Below, piece by piece: positions 9,469 to 18,704 of a DNA stretch of 64,000 nucleotides. The notes below the pieces were generated by a model. That model saw only the letters and a list, made by a program, of their open reading frames with translations, was not told where the DNA came from and did no database searches. A program made the position numbers and the translations under genes. How positions within the stretch are numbered: position 1 is the first letter of the stretch; every line of letters begins with the position of its first letter. The stretch comes from Deferribacterales bacterium (GTDB lineage: Bacteria; Chrysiogenota; Deferribacteres; Deferribacterales; Geovibrionaceae): positions 416,001 to 480,000 of the forward strand of contig JBFWLW010000001.1 in NCBI GenBank assembly GCA_050251945.1, read 5' to 3'.

Positions 9469-11463
9469 TTATTTCAGCATTGCATCTAAAATTGTTTTCG
9501 ACTGTCCGACAACGTATTCCGAACCGAAAACGGAAAGATGGTCGTCATCGGCATAAAGCGACCGTCCGCCTTCTGTGAGTCTGCACTCACCGTCTATACA
9601 CAGAATATCCTGAACATTGACCACTCTGACATTTGTCTTCTGTTTCACCTTTTTAAGAATCTGAAATACATGTTCATTGCGTTCCTGATAGTGGCTGTAC
9701 GGAAGTTTAGAATTCACAAAAGACGTCAGCGCCGGAAAAACATGTCTGAAATATTCTATCTTGCCCATCTCCGAAGGAACGTCGTAAGGCACTTCCGGCA
9801 CATCCATAACAAAATATACGTTCTTGCCGGCACGTTCCAGTGAACCCACTGTGCGCACAAGGCTCTCTTCAAACACCTTGAGGTTGTTGTTTTCTATGAC
9901 GTCTTTGGTTATTCCGTCGTCCAGTCTCATTTCGGAACCGGCATCGTTGCCGAGGGAAGGTTTTCCCGAATAAACTTCCCATCTGCCCACAAGAAACACG
10001 TTTTTGATGTCATTATCAGCCGCGACTTCTTTATAAATAATATCGTTGAACTGGCGGCAGTTGGTCGGAACGTCGTTTATGAGTATGCGCACAAGGCGAA
10101 GCGGCGGGCATGATGATTTTCCTGCGAAAACACCTGTTGCGCCTTTTTCAGCTGCATATTTATTCATCCCGTCCGTAAGTGAAAGCGCATGGGAATCGCC
10201 CCATACGATGAAAGTCGGCTTTCCTTTTTTGTCCCCCATACGGCAGAGATTGTCGATTTTTGCTTTCATAGGATCGCGGTAATAGCAGTCTGTGTTTCTG
10301 TACGTACTTCCGGGCGCGTCCGTAACAACGCTGACAGACTTCGGCATCCTGAACGGCATCCCGTCGGTTTTATATATAACGGTTCCTATGGCGGTAAACA
10401 GAAGCATGACCGCCGCGGAAGATTTGAACAGCTTTGAAGAAACAGGAAATTTCCTTCTGCGTATGGGGTGTTCGACAAAGTAGTAGGAAACGGCGGCAAA
10501 AAGAAAGGTGACGGCGATGATAAACCAGTTGCTCATAAAGAACGCATCGCCTGTTATGTTGCTGTAATAGTTTCTGAAAGCTATGAAAGGCCAGTGCCAA
10601 AGATAGAGCGCGTATGAAAGCAGTCCGATAAACACCAGCGGACGGAAAGACAGTATACGCCCCAAAATGCTTTTTTCACCAGCATATATCAGAAGCGCCG
10701 CACCGACACACGGCAGAAGTGCGCTGTATCCGGGAAAAGGTGTCGCCGCATCGAACCACGCAACGGAAAGCGCTATCATGGCAGTTCCGGTAACGGACAA
10801 TATGTCATTAAGCGCCCTGCTCTCTGCACGTCTGAACACGCCGAGAGAAAGCATAGCGCCAAGCATCAGCTCCCATGCACGCGTAGGCAGAAGATAAAAA
10901 GACATCTCCGGTTTGCGGTAAGTCAGAAATATGCTCAATGTCAGAGAAAAGATGAAAACCGCCGCCACGGCAAGTTTTATATTGTTACGTTTTTTGTATA
11001 ACCAAAGAAGAAACAAAGGGAAAATTATATAGAACTGTTCCTCAACTCCAAGCGACCAGGTATGCAGAAGCGGTTTTGTCTCCGCCGCCGAATCAAAATA
11101 GCCGCTCTGTTTCCAGAAAAAAAAGTTGGAACTGAAAAAGACAGTTGCCGCCACGCTCTTGCCAAAGTTTCTGAAATGTTCCGGAAGCAGCAGAAAACCG
11201 GACAGGATAATTGTCACCAGCATCATGAAATAGAGCGCCGGAAAGATACGCTTTATGCGGCGGACATAAAAGTTTGAAACGGTAAAGGTACCCTCTGCCA
11301 TCTCCGCAGATATGATCCCCGTTATCAGATAGCCGGATATAACAAAAAAGATGTCAACACCGACGTATCCGCCTGAAAACGCCGATATGCCTGCGTGATA
11401 AAGGATAACGGGTAAAACTGCGACGGCTCTCAGTCCGTCTACATCTTTTCTGTACTGCAACAC
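9469..11463 (-). CDS. Acyltransferase-3/SGNH O-acetyltransferase (OafA-like)
   Basis: DVDGLRAVAV, GVDIFFVISGYLI, HTWSLGVEEQFY and SYALYLWHWP motifs; SGNH GDSHA and DDDHL. Confidence 0.93.
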   Translation of the reverse strand: MLQYRKDVDGLRAVAVLPVILYHAGISAFSGGYVGVDIFFVISGYLITGIISAEMAEGTFTVSNFYVRRIKRIFPALYFMMLVTIILSGFLLLPEHFRNFGKSVAATVFFSSNFFFWKQSGYFDSAAETKPLLHTWSLGVEEQFYIIFPLFLLWLYKKRNNIKLAVAAVFIFSLTLSIFLTYRKPEMSFYLLPTRAWELMLGAMLSLGVFRRAESRALNDILSVTGTAMIALSVAWFDAATPFPGYSALLPCVGAALLIYAGEKSILGRILSFRPLVFIGLLSYALYLWHWPFIAFRNYYSNITGDAFFMSNWFIIAVTFLFAAVSYYFVEHPIRRRKFPVSSKLFKSSAAVMLLFTAIGTVIYKTDGMPFRMPKSVSVVTDAPGSTYRNTDCYYRDPMKAKIDNLCRMGDKKGKPTFIVWGDSHALSLTDGMNKYAAEKGATGVFAGKSSCPPLRLVRILINDVPTNCRQFNDIIYKEVAADNDIKNVFLVGRWEVYSGKPSLGNDAGSEMRLDDGITKDVIENNNLKVFEESLVRTVGSLERAGKNVYFVMDVPEVPYDVPSEMGKIEYFRHVFPALTSFVNSKLPYSHYQERNEHVFQILKKVKQKTNVRVVNVQDILCIDGECRLTEGGRSLYADDDHLSVFGSEYVVGQSKTILDAMLK

Positions 11464-11545
11464 CCACCGCCTTATAGAAATGACTGTGGATTATATTATC
11501 AAACAGGACGAAACACAAGAAAAGGGTTGCATTCAGGAAAGTATA

Positions 11546-11557
11546 GTGTATATACAC
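11546..11557. promoter_or_regulatory. Putative MarR operator GTGTATATACAC
   Basis: Perfect 12-bp palindrome 4 nt before the marR ATG; near copy at 11998-12013. Confidence 0.65.
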
Positions 11558-11561
11558 CATT

Positions 11562-11984
11562 ATGAAAAAGGAAAGTTCGGTATGCAACTGTGTAAACATA
11601 CGCAGAGCATCACAGGCGGTAACGGAAATATACGACGGATATCTGGCAGAGAGCGGACTTAAGATCGGTCAGTTCTCAATGCTTAAGCATATTCATGCAA
11701 TGTCCCCTGTGAATGTAAGCAGACTGGCGGAGAAAATGCGTCTGGACAGAACTACCCTTGTAAGAGGGCTTAAAGCTCTGGAGAATGACGGGTACATCAG
11801 CGACACATCGGAAAAAGGGACGAGAAGCAGAAGTCTGACCCTGACACCTGCAGGAGAGGAAGCTCTGGAAAAGGCGATCCCTCTTTGGGAGCTGGCTCAA
11901 CAACATCTGGATAACAGCATAGGTACGGATACGCTGAAAGACCTTACTACCCTGCTTTCTAAAATTGAATCACTGACAAATTAA
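11562..11984 (+). CDS. MarR family transcriptional regulator (N-terminal CxC)
   Basis: LA..M.LDRTTLVR.L..LE..GYI and R...LT..G winged-helix motifs. Confidence 0.92.
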   Translation: MKKESSVCNCVNIRRASQAVTEIYDGYLAESGLKIGQFSMLKHIHAMSPVNVSRLAEKMRLDRTTLVRGLKALENDGYISDTSEKGTRSRSLTLTPAGEEALEKAIPLWELAQQHLDNSIGTDTLKDLTTLLSKIESLTN

Positions 11985-11997
11985 TTTTTTTCGATAA

Positions 11998-12013
11998 ACG
12001 TGCATATACACGT
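11998..12013. promoter_or_regulatory. Second putative MarR operator ACGTGCATATACACGT
   Basis: 16-bp palindrome with one mismatch, same core as 11546-11557, upstream of the Fe-S gene. Confidence 0.6.
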
Positions 12014-12034
12014 AATATGGAAAGGGAGAGCGAT

Positions 12035-12892
12035 ATGAAAGAACAACTGGTACGGCATATTAAAGACTATATTTACAACCATCCGAAAAACATTCATCCA
12101 TCAACAGGAAAAAGATATTACGATGAACCGGACACATTTTTCGCGGACGCATCAGATTCTATATTTAACAAGTTCAAAGACGTTGTATCACCGGAGCATA
12201 TGACGCCGAAAGAAGTGTTTGAGTTTGAATACGGTGAGGGTACATTTAAAGGCGGTTCAGTGATAGTCTCCGTCTCCGCCATACAGGAAGACATACGCGC
12301 AAGCAACAGAATACGCAAAGATATGGCTTCAAAAGAATGGGCGCTGAGCAGAGGACACGGCGACGAGATATTTTATAAGGACAGGTTCAGGGAGATAACA
12401 AAATATATACACGGTTCAGGTTACAAAGCCGTTGCACCATGGCTTTCGGATAAATTTAAAGTCATACGGACAAATACGCTGACATCCAACTGGTCGGAGC
12501 GCCACATGGCATATGCCGCAGGAGCGGGAACTTTCGGGCTAAGCGACGGGTTCATCACTGAAAAAGGGACCTGCGTAAGGATAATCTCAATTGTGACGGA
12601 TATGATTCTGGAACCGGATATCCGAAAAAAACAGAGCCACACTGCCAATTGCCTGTTCATGTCGAAAGGACTTTGCGGCGTATGCATAAAAAGATGCCCC
12701 GTTAACGCCATAGACAAAAACGGACACGACAAGATGAAATGTGTCGCCTTTGTTTACAGTAAGGCATCGAAAGAATTTGCGGCAGAGGTCGGCGGGATAG
12801 AGAAAACGGGGAGCGGATGCGGGCTTTGTCAGACTAAAGTTCCGTGCGAATTCCGCAACCCCATGAATAAGCAGCTTAGAAAGAGTTCCTGA
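12035..12892 (+). CDS. QueG/reductive dehalogenase-like 4Fe-4S protein
   Basis: WSERHMAYAAGAGTFG motif; C..CGVCIKRCP and CGLCQTKVPC clusters; GGGAG RBS. Confidence 0.75.
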   Translation: MKEQLVRHIKDYIYNHPKNIHPSTGKRYYDEPDTFFADASDSIFNKFKDVVSPEHMTPKEVFEFEYGEGTFKGGSVIVSVSAIQEDIRASNRIRKDMASKEWALSRGHGDEIFYKDRFREITKYIHGSGYKAVAPWLSDKFKVIRTNTLTSNWSERHMAYAAGAGTFGLSDGFITEKGTCVRIISIVTDMILEPDIRKKQSHTANCLFMSKGLCGVCIKRCPVNAIDKNGHDKMKCVAFVYSKASKEFAAEVGGIEKTGSGCGLCQTKVPCEFRNPMNKQLRKSS

Positions 12893-13394
12893 ATATAGTC
12901 TTGTCAGCCTCCAGTCTTGAAAAATGGCTCTGGCTTGGTTTACTGTCCTCCGAAGGATAGCCTACGGGGAGAAATGCTACAGGTTCAACACCGGCGGGGA
13001 GAGAAAACTTCTGTTTCACCACCTGCGGGTCAAAAAAAGCGACCCACGTTGCGCCAAGCCCCAAATCCTCCGCGGCAAGCATGATGTGCGTTGTGACGAT
13101 GCTCGCATCCACTTCGCCCATATCTTTTCCGTCAAATTTGCGTTTCCAGCTTACGGACGTGTCATAGCATATGAGAAAAACAAGAGGCGCATTGAAATGA
13201 TATGGAGTGCTGTCTTTGACCTTTTCAAGCATCTCTACGGAATCAATGACAATAACCCTCTGCGGCTGTAAATTCGATGCTGTCGGCGCCACTCTGCCCG
13301 CCTCTGTCAAAACAGCTATTTTTTCCTCTTCAACCTTTCTCTCCTGAAACTTCCTTACGGAATAACGTTTCCTGCTCAGTTCAATAAAGTCCAT
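12876..13394 (-). CDS. Nitroreductase family protein
   Basis: RYSVRKF, APTASNLQP, LGLGATW and GYP motifs; GGAGG RBS. Confidence 0.93.
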   Translation of the reverse strand: MDFIELSRKRYSVRKFQERKVEEEKIAVLTEAGRVAPTASNLQPQRVIVIDSVEMLEKVKDSTPYHFNAPLVFLICYDTSVSWKRKFDGKDMGEVDASIVTTHIMLAAEDLGLGATWVAFFDPQVVKQKFSLPAGVEPVAFLPVGYPSEDSKPSQSHFSRLEADKTIFRNSF

Positions 13395-13502
13395 AATTCT
13401 CCTCCTGATCTTTCTTTTACAATAAGATGAACGTTAAAAAGTTAAAGAATGGAATTTTTTGTAAGGTACTTACAGAACGGGAAGGCTGTTTTACGAATTA
13501 CC

Positions 13503-13531
13503 TTGAATTAGAACGCTTAATAGCCTATAGT
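13503..13531 (+). promoter_or_regulatory. Putative sigma70 promoter of argS
   Basis: TTGAAT-17 nt-TATAGT. Confidence 0.55.
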
Positions 13532-13563
13532 TTGTCTCTCAAAAATCAATTTAAGGTTTAAAA

Positions 13564-15321
13564 ATGCTCCGTAAAAAAATCAATCATATCATTGGCGCCG
13601 CTTTTTCGGAATGCGGCTATGAAGGAAGCTTTTCCGAAGTCATCAACTGCAAACTGCCCGAACTCGGTGATTTTTCATCCGTGGGCGCTCTGCCCGCCGC
13701 AAAAATATTCAAAAAACCACCCAGAGAGATCGCGCAGGAAATAGTTAATAAACTCTCCGGCAACCCGCTGTTTGAAAACATAAGAATAGATGGTCCCGGA
13801 TACATAAACGTGAAGGTGACAGGCACATTTCTCACAGACAGTCTGAAAGAGATGCTGAACTCCGACAACCTCGCCTGTACCGACAGCAACAAAGAGATGA
13901 TAATCGTGGACTACGGCGGTGCAAACGTTGCAAAACCGCTCCACGTAGGTCACCTGCGCTCTGCAATCATAGGCGAATGTATAAAGCGTGTGGCAAAATT
14001 CCGCGGACACGAAGTTGTCGGCGACGTACACCTTGGCGACTGGGGATTGCAGATGGGTATGATAATCCATGAGCTTGAACTCAGACACCCCGAATTGGCG
14101 TATTTCGACATAAACGCTGAAACTTTCCCTACAGAGCCTCCCGTCACCATCGAAGATCTGGAGACCATTTACCCAACCGCCAGTAAAAAATCCAAAGAGG
14201 ACGAGGAATATCTGAACGCATGCCGCAAGGCGACAACAGAACTCCACAGCGGGCGTAAAGGATACAGAGCTCTCTGGAGACACATTGTGGACGTTTCGGT
14301 TGCAGACCTTAAGTCCGACTACTCCCGTCTGCTGGTGAATTTTGACCTTTGGCTTGGCGAAAGCGACGCTCACCAGTATCTTGAAATGCTCATCGGCAGG
14401 TTCATAAAAGAAGGTTATGCGAAAGAGAGCGACGGCGCGCTGATAGTAGAGGTTGCGCAAGAGACCGACAACCACAACATACCGCCTGTTATACTGAGAA
14501 AAAGCGACGGCGCGGCACTTTATCACGCAACAGACATAGCCACCATTTACGAGCGCGTTAAAGACTATAACCCCGACACGATTCTTTATGTGGTGGACAA
14601 AAGACAGTCCCTCCACTTTGAACAGATATTCCGGTGTGTAAGAAAAACTGGACTGGTGAGTGACAAAGTAGTGCTTCAGCACGTTCCGTTCGGCACCATG
14701 AACGGCACGGACGGTAAACCGTTCAAAACACGCGAAGGCGGAACCCTCAAGCTTAAAGACCTGATAACCACCGTGACAGAAAAAGCCCTTTCAAAGCTTG
14801 TCGACGGCGGATACGGCGCATCTCTCAGCGATGATGAAAAAAAATACGTCGCAGAGTGCGTAGGATTAGCGGCGCTGAAATTCGGCGACCTGAGCAACAC
14901 GTGCGCCAGAGACTATATATTCGAGCTGGACAGGTTTCTTGAGTTTGAAGGCAAGACAGGTCCTTACCTGCTATATTCGGCAGTACGCGCTAAATCCATA
15001 CTTGCAAAAGCGGAAATCGGCGATATAGAGGCAACAGATATTAATGAACCGGTTTCTCCGGAAGAATTCAACCTGATGCTTGCGCTTCAGGCGTTTCCGG
15101 AAGCATGTGAGCTGTCATTTCGCAACAGAGAACCCATGGTGCTTTGCGAATACGGATACAACATAGCGTCGACATTCTCGTCCATGTACGCAAAAACAAA
15201 TATTATACGGGAAACAGACCCAGAAAGAAAAAAAGCGATGCTGGCGCTTGTCAGGGCATACCTGAAGGTGATAGAGGCTGTGCTTGACCTGCTCGGTATA
15301 AAAGCTCCCGAAAGAATGTAG
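13564..15321 (+). CDS. argS: Arginine--tRNA ligase
   Basis: NVAKPLHVGHLRS (HIGH), GDWG.QMG, KSDG..LY, KTREG, EGKTGPYL.Y and terminal ERM. Confidence 0.97.
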   Translation: MLRKKINHIIGAAFSECGYEGSFSEVINCKLPELGDFSSVGALPAAKIFKKPPREIAQEIVNKLSGNPLFENIRIDGPGYINVKVTGTFLTDSLKEMLNSDNLACTDSNKEMIIVDYGGANVAKPLHVGHLRSAIIGECIKRVAKFRGHEVVGDVHLGDWGLQMGMIIHELELRHPELAYFDINAETFPTEPPVTIEDLETIYPTASKKSKEDEEYLNACRKATTELHSGRKGYRALWRHIVDVSVADLKSDYSRLLVNFDLWLGESDAHQYLEMLIGRFIKEGYAKESDGALIVEVAQETDNHNIPPVILRKSDGAALYHATDIATIYERVKDYNPDTILYVVDKRQSLHFEQIFRCVRKTGLVSDKVVLQHVPFGTMNGTDGKPFKTREGGTLKLKDLITTVTEKALSKLVDGGYGASLSDDEKKYVAECVGLAALKFGDLSNTCARDYIFELDRFLEFEGKTGPYLLYSAVRAKSILAKAEIGDIEATDINEPVSPEEFNLMLALQAFPEACELSFRNREPMVLCEYGYNIASTFSSMYAKTNIIRETDPERKKAMLALVRAYLKVIEAVLDLLGIKAPERM

Positions 15322-15326
15322 ATAAC

Positions 15327-15366
15327 AAAAGAGGGCTTAGAATTTCTTCTAAGCCCTCTCTTTTTA
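15327..15366. terminator. Bidirectional intrinsic terminator between argS and tRNA-Val
   Basis: AAAA-GAGGGCTTAGAA-ttt(c)-TTCTAAGCCCTC-tcTTTTT. Confidence 0.85.
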
Positions 15367-15438
15367 TAGGCACGGCAGGGATTGAACCAGCGACCCTCGC
15401 CACGTCAAGGCGATGCTCTCCCACTGAGCTACGTGCCT
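15367..15438 (-). tRNA. tRNA-Val (GAC), CCA not encoded
   Basis: Minus strand AGGCACGTAGCTCAGTGGGAGAGCATCGCCTTGACGTGGCGAGGGTCGCTGGTTCAATCCCTGCCGTGCCTA folds as a cloverleaf with anticodon GAC. Confidence 0.95.
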
Positions 15439-15450
15439 GTCGGAAGTGAG

Positions 15451-15479
15451 ATAATACATACTCACAAAAACTTTTTCAA
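15451..15479 (-). promoter_or_regulatory. Sigma70 promoter of tRNA-Val
   Basis: TTGAAA-17 nt-TATTAT on the minus strand, 12 nt upstream of the tRNA. Confidence 0.65.
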
Positions 15480-15487
15480 CAACTTTT

Positions 15488-16165
15488 TTAGCCCCAGCTA
15501 AGTTTTCCGCCGTTGAATCCTATCACTGCCAGAACCGGCACGTTCAGAAACAGCATAACATTATAGAATATGCCCTCTTCGCCATTGTTCAGCCCCGCGA
15601 AAAATTCTGCGATGCACATGAGAAGCAGAAGAAAAGAGAACGATATCTTCATCATAAAGATTTTATTTCTGGTCAGGTTATAGTTCACCCACCAGCTCAC
15701 GAACCCCGAAACCATTGTCGGCACAAGAAACACCGCAGCAGTCGCGATGGCATAAAAACCAGCGGTGGAAAACGACGGATAGCCTGTGAAATAATAGATT
15801 ATCTGCATTATCACCGCAAAGTTGATAAGTCCCATGGGGAAATGTATCAGCATTGGGTGCGGATGAAATATGCGGTAAAGCGCCCTTACGGTGTCCTTAA
15901 AAGTAACTTCCTGCGGCTGTTTCTTGGTTTCCTTAATGGTCTCTATTTCGCCTGCATGCGCAAAACGTTCCAGAACCTCCGCCCCATGGGGCGCAGCCTT
16001 AAGGGCTTCGGAAAGATCCATTCCGGCAAAGTGTTTTCCGGCATGCTTTCCGTTCTTCCAGAGCTTGCTGTCCGTGACATCATATATTTTTCCTTCGTTG
16101 GATACATAGCTCTTTCGACCGTCTTTTCCGTCAAAATTCTGTAGTTCCTCTTTTTTCACTTTCAT
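15488..16165 (-). CDS. Cytochrome b5-like heme-binding domain fused to DUF2231-type membrane domain
   Basis: EL..FDGKDG...G.IYDVT.S.LW..G.H...H.AG.DL...APH; HPMLIHFP and GG.L membrane motifs. Confidence 0.85.
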   Translation of the reverse strand: MKVKKEELQNFDGKDGRKSYVSNEGKIYDVTDSKLWKNGKHAGKHFAGMDLSEALKAAPHGAEVLERFAHAGEIETIKETKKQPQEVTFKDTVRALYRIFHPHPMLIHFPMGLINFAVIMQIIYYFTGYPSFSTAGFYAIATAAVFLVPTMVSGFVSWWVNYNLTRNKIFMMKISFSFLLLLMCIAEFFAGLNNGEEGIFYNVMLFLNVPVLAVIGFNGGKLSWG

Positions 16166-16273
16166 CTCCGGAAAAATTTGGTTAATATCTGAATCTAGTA
16201 TACATGATAAACACTTTCAAGTCTTAACTGGATAGTGTTTTTTATTGCTAAATTGATAAATAACGGTAACTAT

Positions 16274-17041
16274 ATGATAAAAATAAGAATAACCTTCGTA
16301 TTAACCATATTCCTAATGTACGCTTGCTCAATAGCCGCCCCAAGTTTCACAGATACACCCGAAACTATAAACTTAAACCAGATGAACAGAAGACTCAAGG
16401 CAATGCAATACACCATACAGGCGGGTGCATTCGGTGATGTTAATAACGCTAAGCGGCTTGAGGCAAAGCTTGACGCAAACGGTCTGGATTCTTACCACTT
16501 CCTTGACAAAGACGGGCTTTACAAAGTGCGTTTCGGCAACTTCGCAGGACGTACGGAAGCAGTGGCAACCGCCAAACGTCTCCAGAGGAACGGTTATATT
16601 GACGTTTTCTACGTTGTCGCTCCCGACGAATACGAGGCGGCAAAACCTGAATACCTCGGCGACGTATCCGGTCTTCGCAAGGCAATAGTCGAAACTGCAA
16701 TGCGTTACATCGGCGTACCTTACGAATGGGGCGGAGTATCCGATGCCGGATTCGACTGCAGTGGTCTCACCATGGCTGTTTACAGACTGAACGGACTTGA
16801 CCTGCCCAGAGTTTCCCACCAGCAGTTTGAAGAGGGAACCTACGTCAGCAAAGACGAACTCCAGCCCGGCGACCTTGTTTTCTTCGACACAAGACGTCTC
16901 GGCAGAGTATCACACGTCGGCATATATATCGGTGACGGCAAATTCGTACACGCACCCAGCAGCGGAAAGCATGTGCGGGTTGAACGTCTCGACCTCGATT
17001 ATTTCGTGAGATCATACAGAGGCGGCAGAAGCTACTTCTAG
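16274..17041 (+). CDS. SPOR-domain NlpC/P60 peptidoglycan endopeptidase
   Basis: YTIQAGAF...YKVRFG SPOR domain; GVPYEWGG..GFDCSGL and HVGIYIG..FVHA. Confidence 0.93.
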   Translation: MIKIRITFVLTIFLMYACSIAAPSFTDTPETINLNQMNRRLKAMQYTIQAGAFGDVNNAKRLEAKLDANGLDSYHFLDKDGLYKVRFGNFAGRTEAVATAKRLQRNGYIDVFYVVAPDEYEAAKPEYLGDVSGLRKAIVETAMRYIGVPYEWGGVSDAGFDCSGLTMAVYRLNGLDLPRVSHQQFEEGTYVSKDELQPGDLVFFDTRRLGRVSHVGIYIGDGKFVHAPSSGKHVRVERLDLDYFVRSYRGGRSYF

Positions 17042-17979
17042 GCAAGAACCTTCATAAAGAAAGCTATCCAGAGCGGTATCGTAAACAGACTGACAAGGGT
17101 TGTTGTAAATATTGTCTGGGCGGCAGTTTCAACGTCGCCGCCGAAATATTTGACGATAACAATACTCAGCATCCCCGCAGGCATAGACGCCTGAACGGCG
17201 GTTATCATCTTTAGCTCGTGTGAAACGGGCAGAATCATCACAGTAAAAACCATAACGGCTGGAATGACGAACATCCGCAGAAGAACCGCACCCAGAGAGA
17301 CCTTCCATCCGCCTTTTTTCACCAGCGCAGACGCTGTTTCGGCAAGGGTTGCACCGCTGACAAACAGACCTATCGGTATCGCGGCAGCAACTATAGGGTG
17401 TATCGCGGTCTTAAGCCACTGCGGCATTACGGATGCTCCGAAGATAAAATTCACAGCCAGTGACGCAAAAATAGCTATCAGAGGCGGATTTTTCAGAAGT
17501 GCTTTCATATTTTTTATGGAGAAACCGGTGAGCATTCCGATACCGACTGACCAGTAAGCAGTATCAATCCCTATGTTATGCACCAAAAGAAGCCCCACAG
17601 CGCTCTTTCCAAGCAGAAACTCAGTGAGCGGGATAGAGATGAAACCGTAATTGTAAATTCCCACGGTAAATGCAAAAGAGACCTTTGAATCCCTGCCCTC
17701 CACACCGAAATATTTTGCAGTAAGAAGTGAAACTATATATCCGGCAACTATGCCGTAAAAAGCCACCAGCGGGGCGGAAATTACGTTACCAATGTCGTTC
17801 AGCACTTCGTTGCCCACAACATAGTTAACTATCAGCACCGGAACCAGAAAGTTAATATAGACTTTGAGAATTATTTTTTCGGGTTTGCCCCTTGTCAGCC
17901 CTATGCGGTTTGCCGCGCCGCCCAGAACAGCGAACGCCATATAAGGCAGAAGCACCGCAAAAATACCGGAATAGGTCAT
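17038..17979 (-). CDS. AEC (auxin efflux carrier) family transporter
   Basis: NYGFISIPL, NPPLIA and ASMPAG motifs; about 10 TM segments. Confidence 0.9.
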   Translation of the reverse strand: MTYSGIFAVLLPYMAFAVLGGAANRIGLTRGKPEKIILKVYINFLVPVLIVNYVVGNEVLNDIGNVISAPLVAFYGIVAGYIVSLLTAKYFGVEGRDSKVSFAFTVGIYNYGFISIPLTEFLLGKSAVGLLLVHNIGIDTAYWSVGIGMLTGFSIKNMKALLKNPPLIAIFASLAVNFIFGASVMPQWLKTAIHPIVAAAIPIGLFVSGATLAETASALVKKGGWKVSLGAVLLRMFVIPAVMVFTVMILPVSHELKMITAVQASMPAGMLSIVIVKYFGGDVETAAQTIFTTTLVSLFTIPLWIAFFMKVLA

Positions 17980-18011
17980 TGTATATCCCTGTGATAAAAA
18001 AAGCTCTCCGT

Positions 18012-18154
18012 CAGACTGATGACAAAGTCAGTAAAATGCGAGATCGCGTCGTCGCACGCGCTCCTCGCGAAGACAAAAAAAAGCGTCTCTGCGAGAGTTT
18101 TAACCCGAAGCAGTCCAATGTGAGCCTGTGTAAATTTAGTTTGTCAACAAGCTG
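18012..18154. mobile_element. MITE-like element, copy B (inverted relative to copy A)
   Basis: CAGACTGATGACAAA ... TTTGTCAACAAGCTG; interior is the reverse complement of copy A. Confidence 0.8.
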
Positions 18155-18173
18155 GTTCTCCGTCAGGGGAGTT

Positions 18174-18294
18174 CAGATTGATGACAAAATCGAAAAAAGA
18201 CCAGATCGCCGCGCCGCGCGAAGACGAAAAAAGCGTCTTTGCGAGGACTGAAAGGACGAAGCAATCTAATCAATATAAATTCGCCGGCAAACTG
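18174..18294. mobile_element. MITE-like element, copy C (tandem to B, degenerate)
   Basis: CAGATTGATGACAAA ... TTCGCCGGCAAACTG; flanked by repeated TCTCCGTCAG. Confidence 0.65.
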
Positions 18295-18326
18295 TTCTCT
18301 CCGTCAGAAAAGCCTTATCAGAATTT

Positions 18327-18704
18327 TTATTTAACGCAGATGCACTCTATCTCTATTAGAACGTCTTTGGGAAGCCGCGCCACCTCTACGACTGCTCTCG
18401 CCGGTCTGTGGTCACCCATAAAATCCGCGTATATTTCGTTTATGGATCCGAAATCATCCATGTTCTTTATGAATATAGTGACTTTCGCAATACTCTTTTT
18501 GCCGAAACCCGCGTCCTCAACAACCGAAAGAAGGCTTTCGATAGACCTTTTCGATTGTTCTTTGATGCCGCCTTCAACAACCTTCATTGTCTCCGGATCA
18601 AGCGGAATCTGTCCTGAAACAAAAAGCATATTGCCTGTAACTATAGACTGACTGTAAGGTCCGATGGCTGACGGCGCTCTGTCTGTCTGAAATGGCATGT
18701 TCAT
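18327..18704 (-). CDS. ridA: RidA family reactive intermediate deaminase
   Basis: AP.AIGPYSQ, SGQIP, PARAVV.VA.LP and EIE motifs. Confidence 0.93.
   Translation of the reverse strand: MNMPFQTDRAPSAIGPYSQSIVTGNMLFVSGQIPLDPETMKVVEGGIKEQSKRSIESLLSVVEDAGFGKKSIAKVTIFIKNMDDFGSINEIYADFMGDHRPARAVVEVARLPKDVLIEIECICVK

Noticed and set aside
13675..14682. 335-aa antisense ORF inside argS
   Set aside because: Shadow frame of a conserved gene; no motifs or RBS.
15367..16165. Genomic island integrated at tRNA-Val
   Set aside because: No integrase, no duplicated tRNA 3' end found, and the flanks are ordinary genes.
18001..18316. Possible mini CRISPR array (three TCTCCGTCAG repeats)
   Set aside because: Repeats are about 10 bp, the intervening segments are 120-145 bp and homologous to each other, and there are no cas genes. 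Better explained as target duplications.
17892..18651. ORFs crossing the repeat elements (also 9294-9578, 9023-9439, 52823-53017, 27245-27634)
   Set aside because: They are translations of palindromic repeat DNA, with no transposase or other domain motifs.
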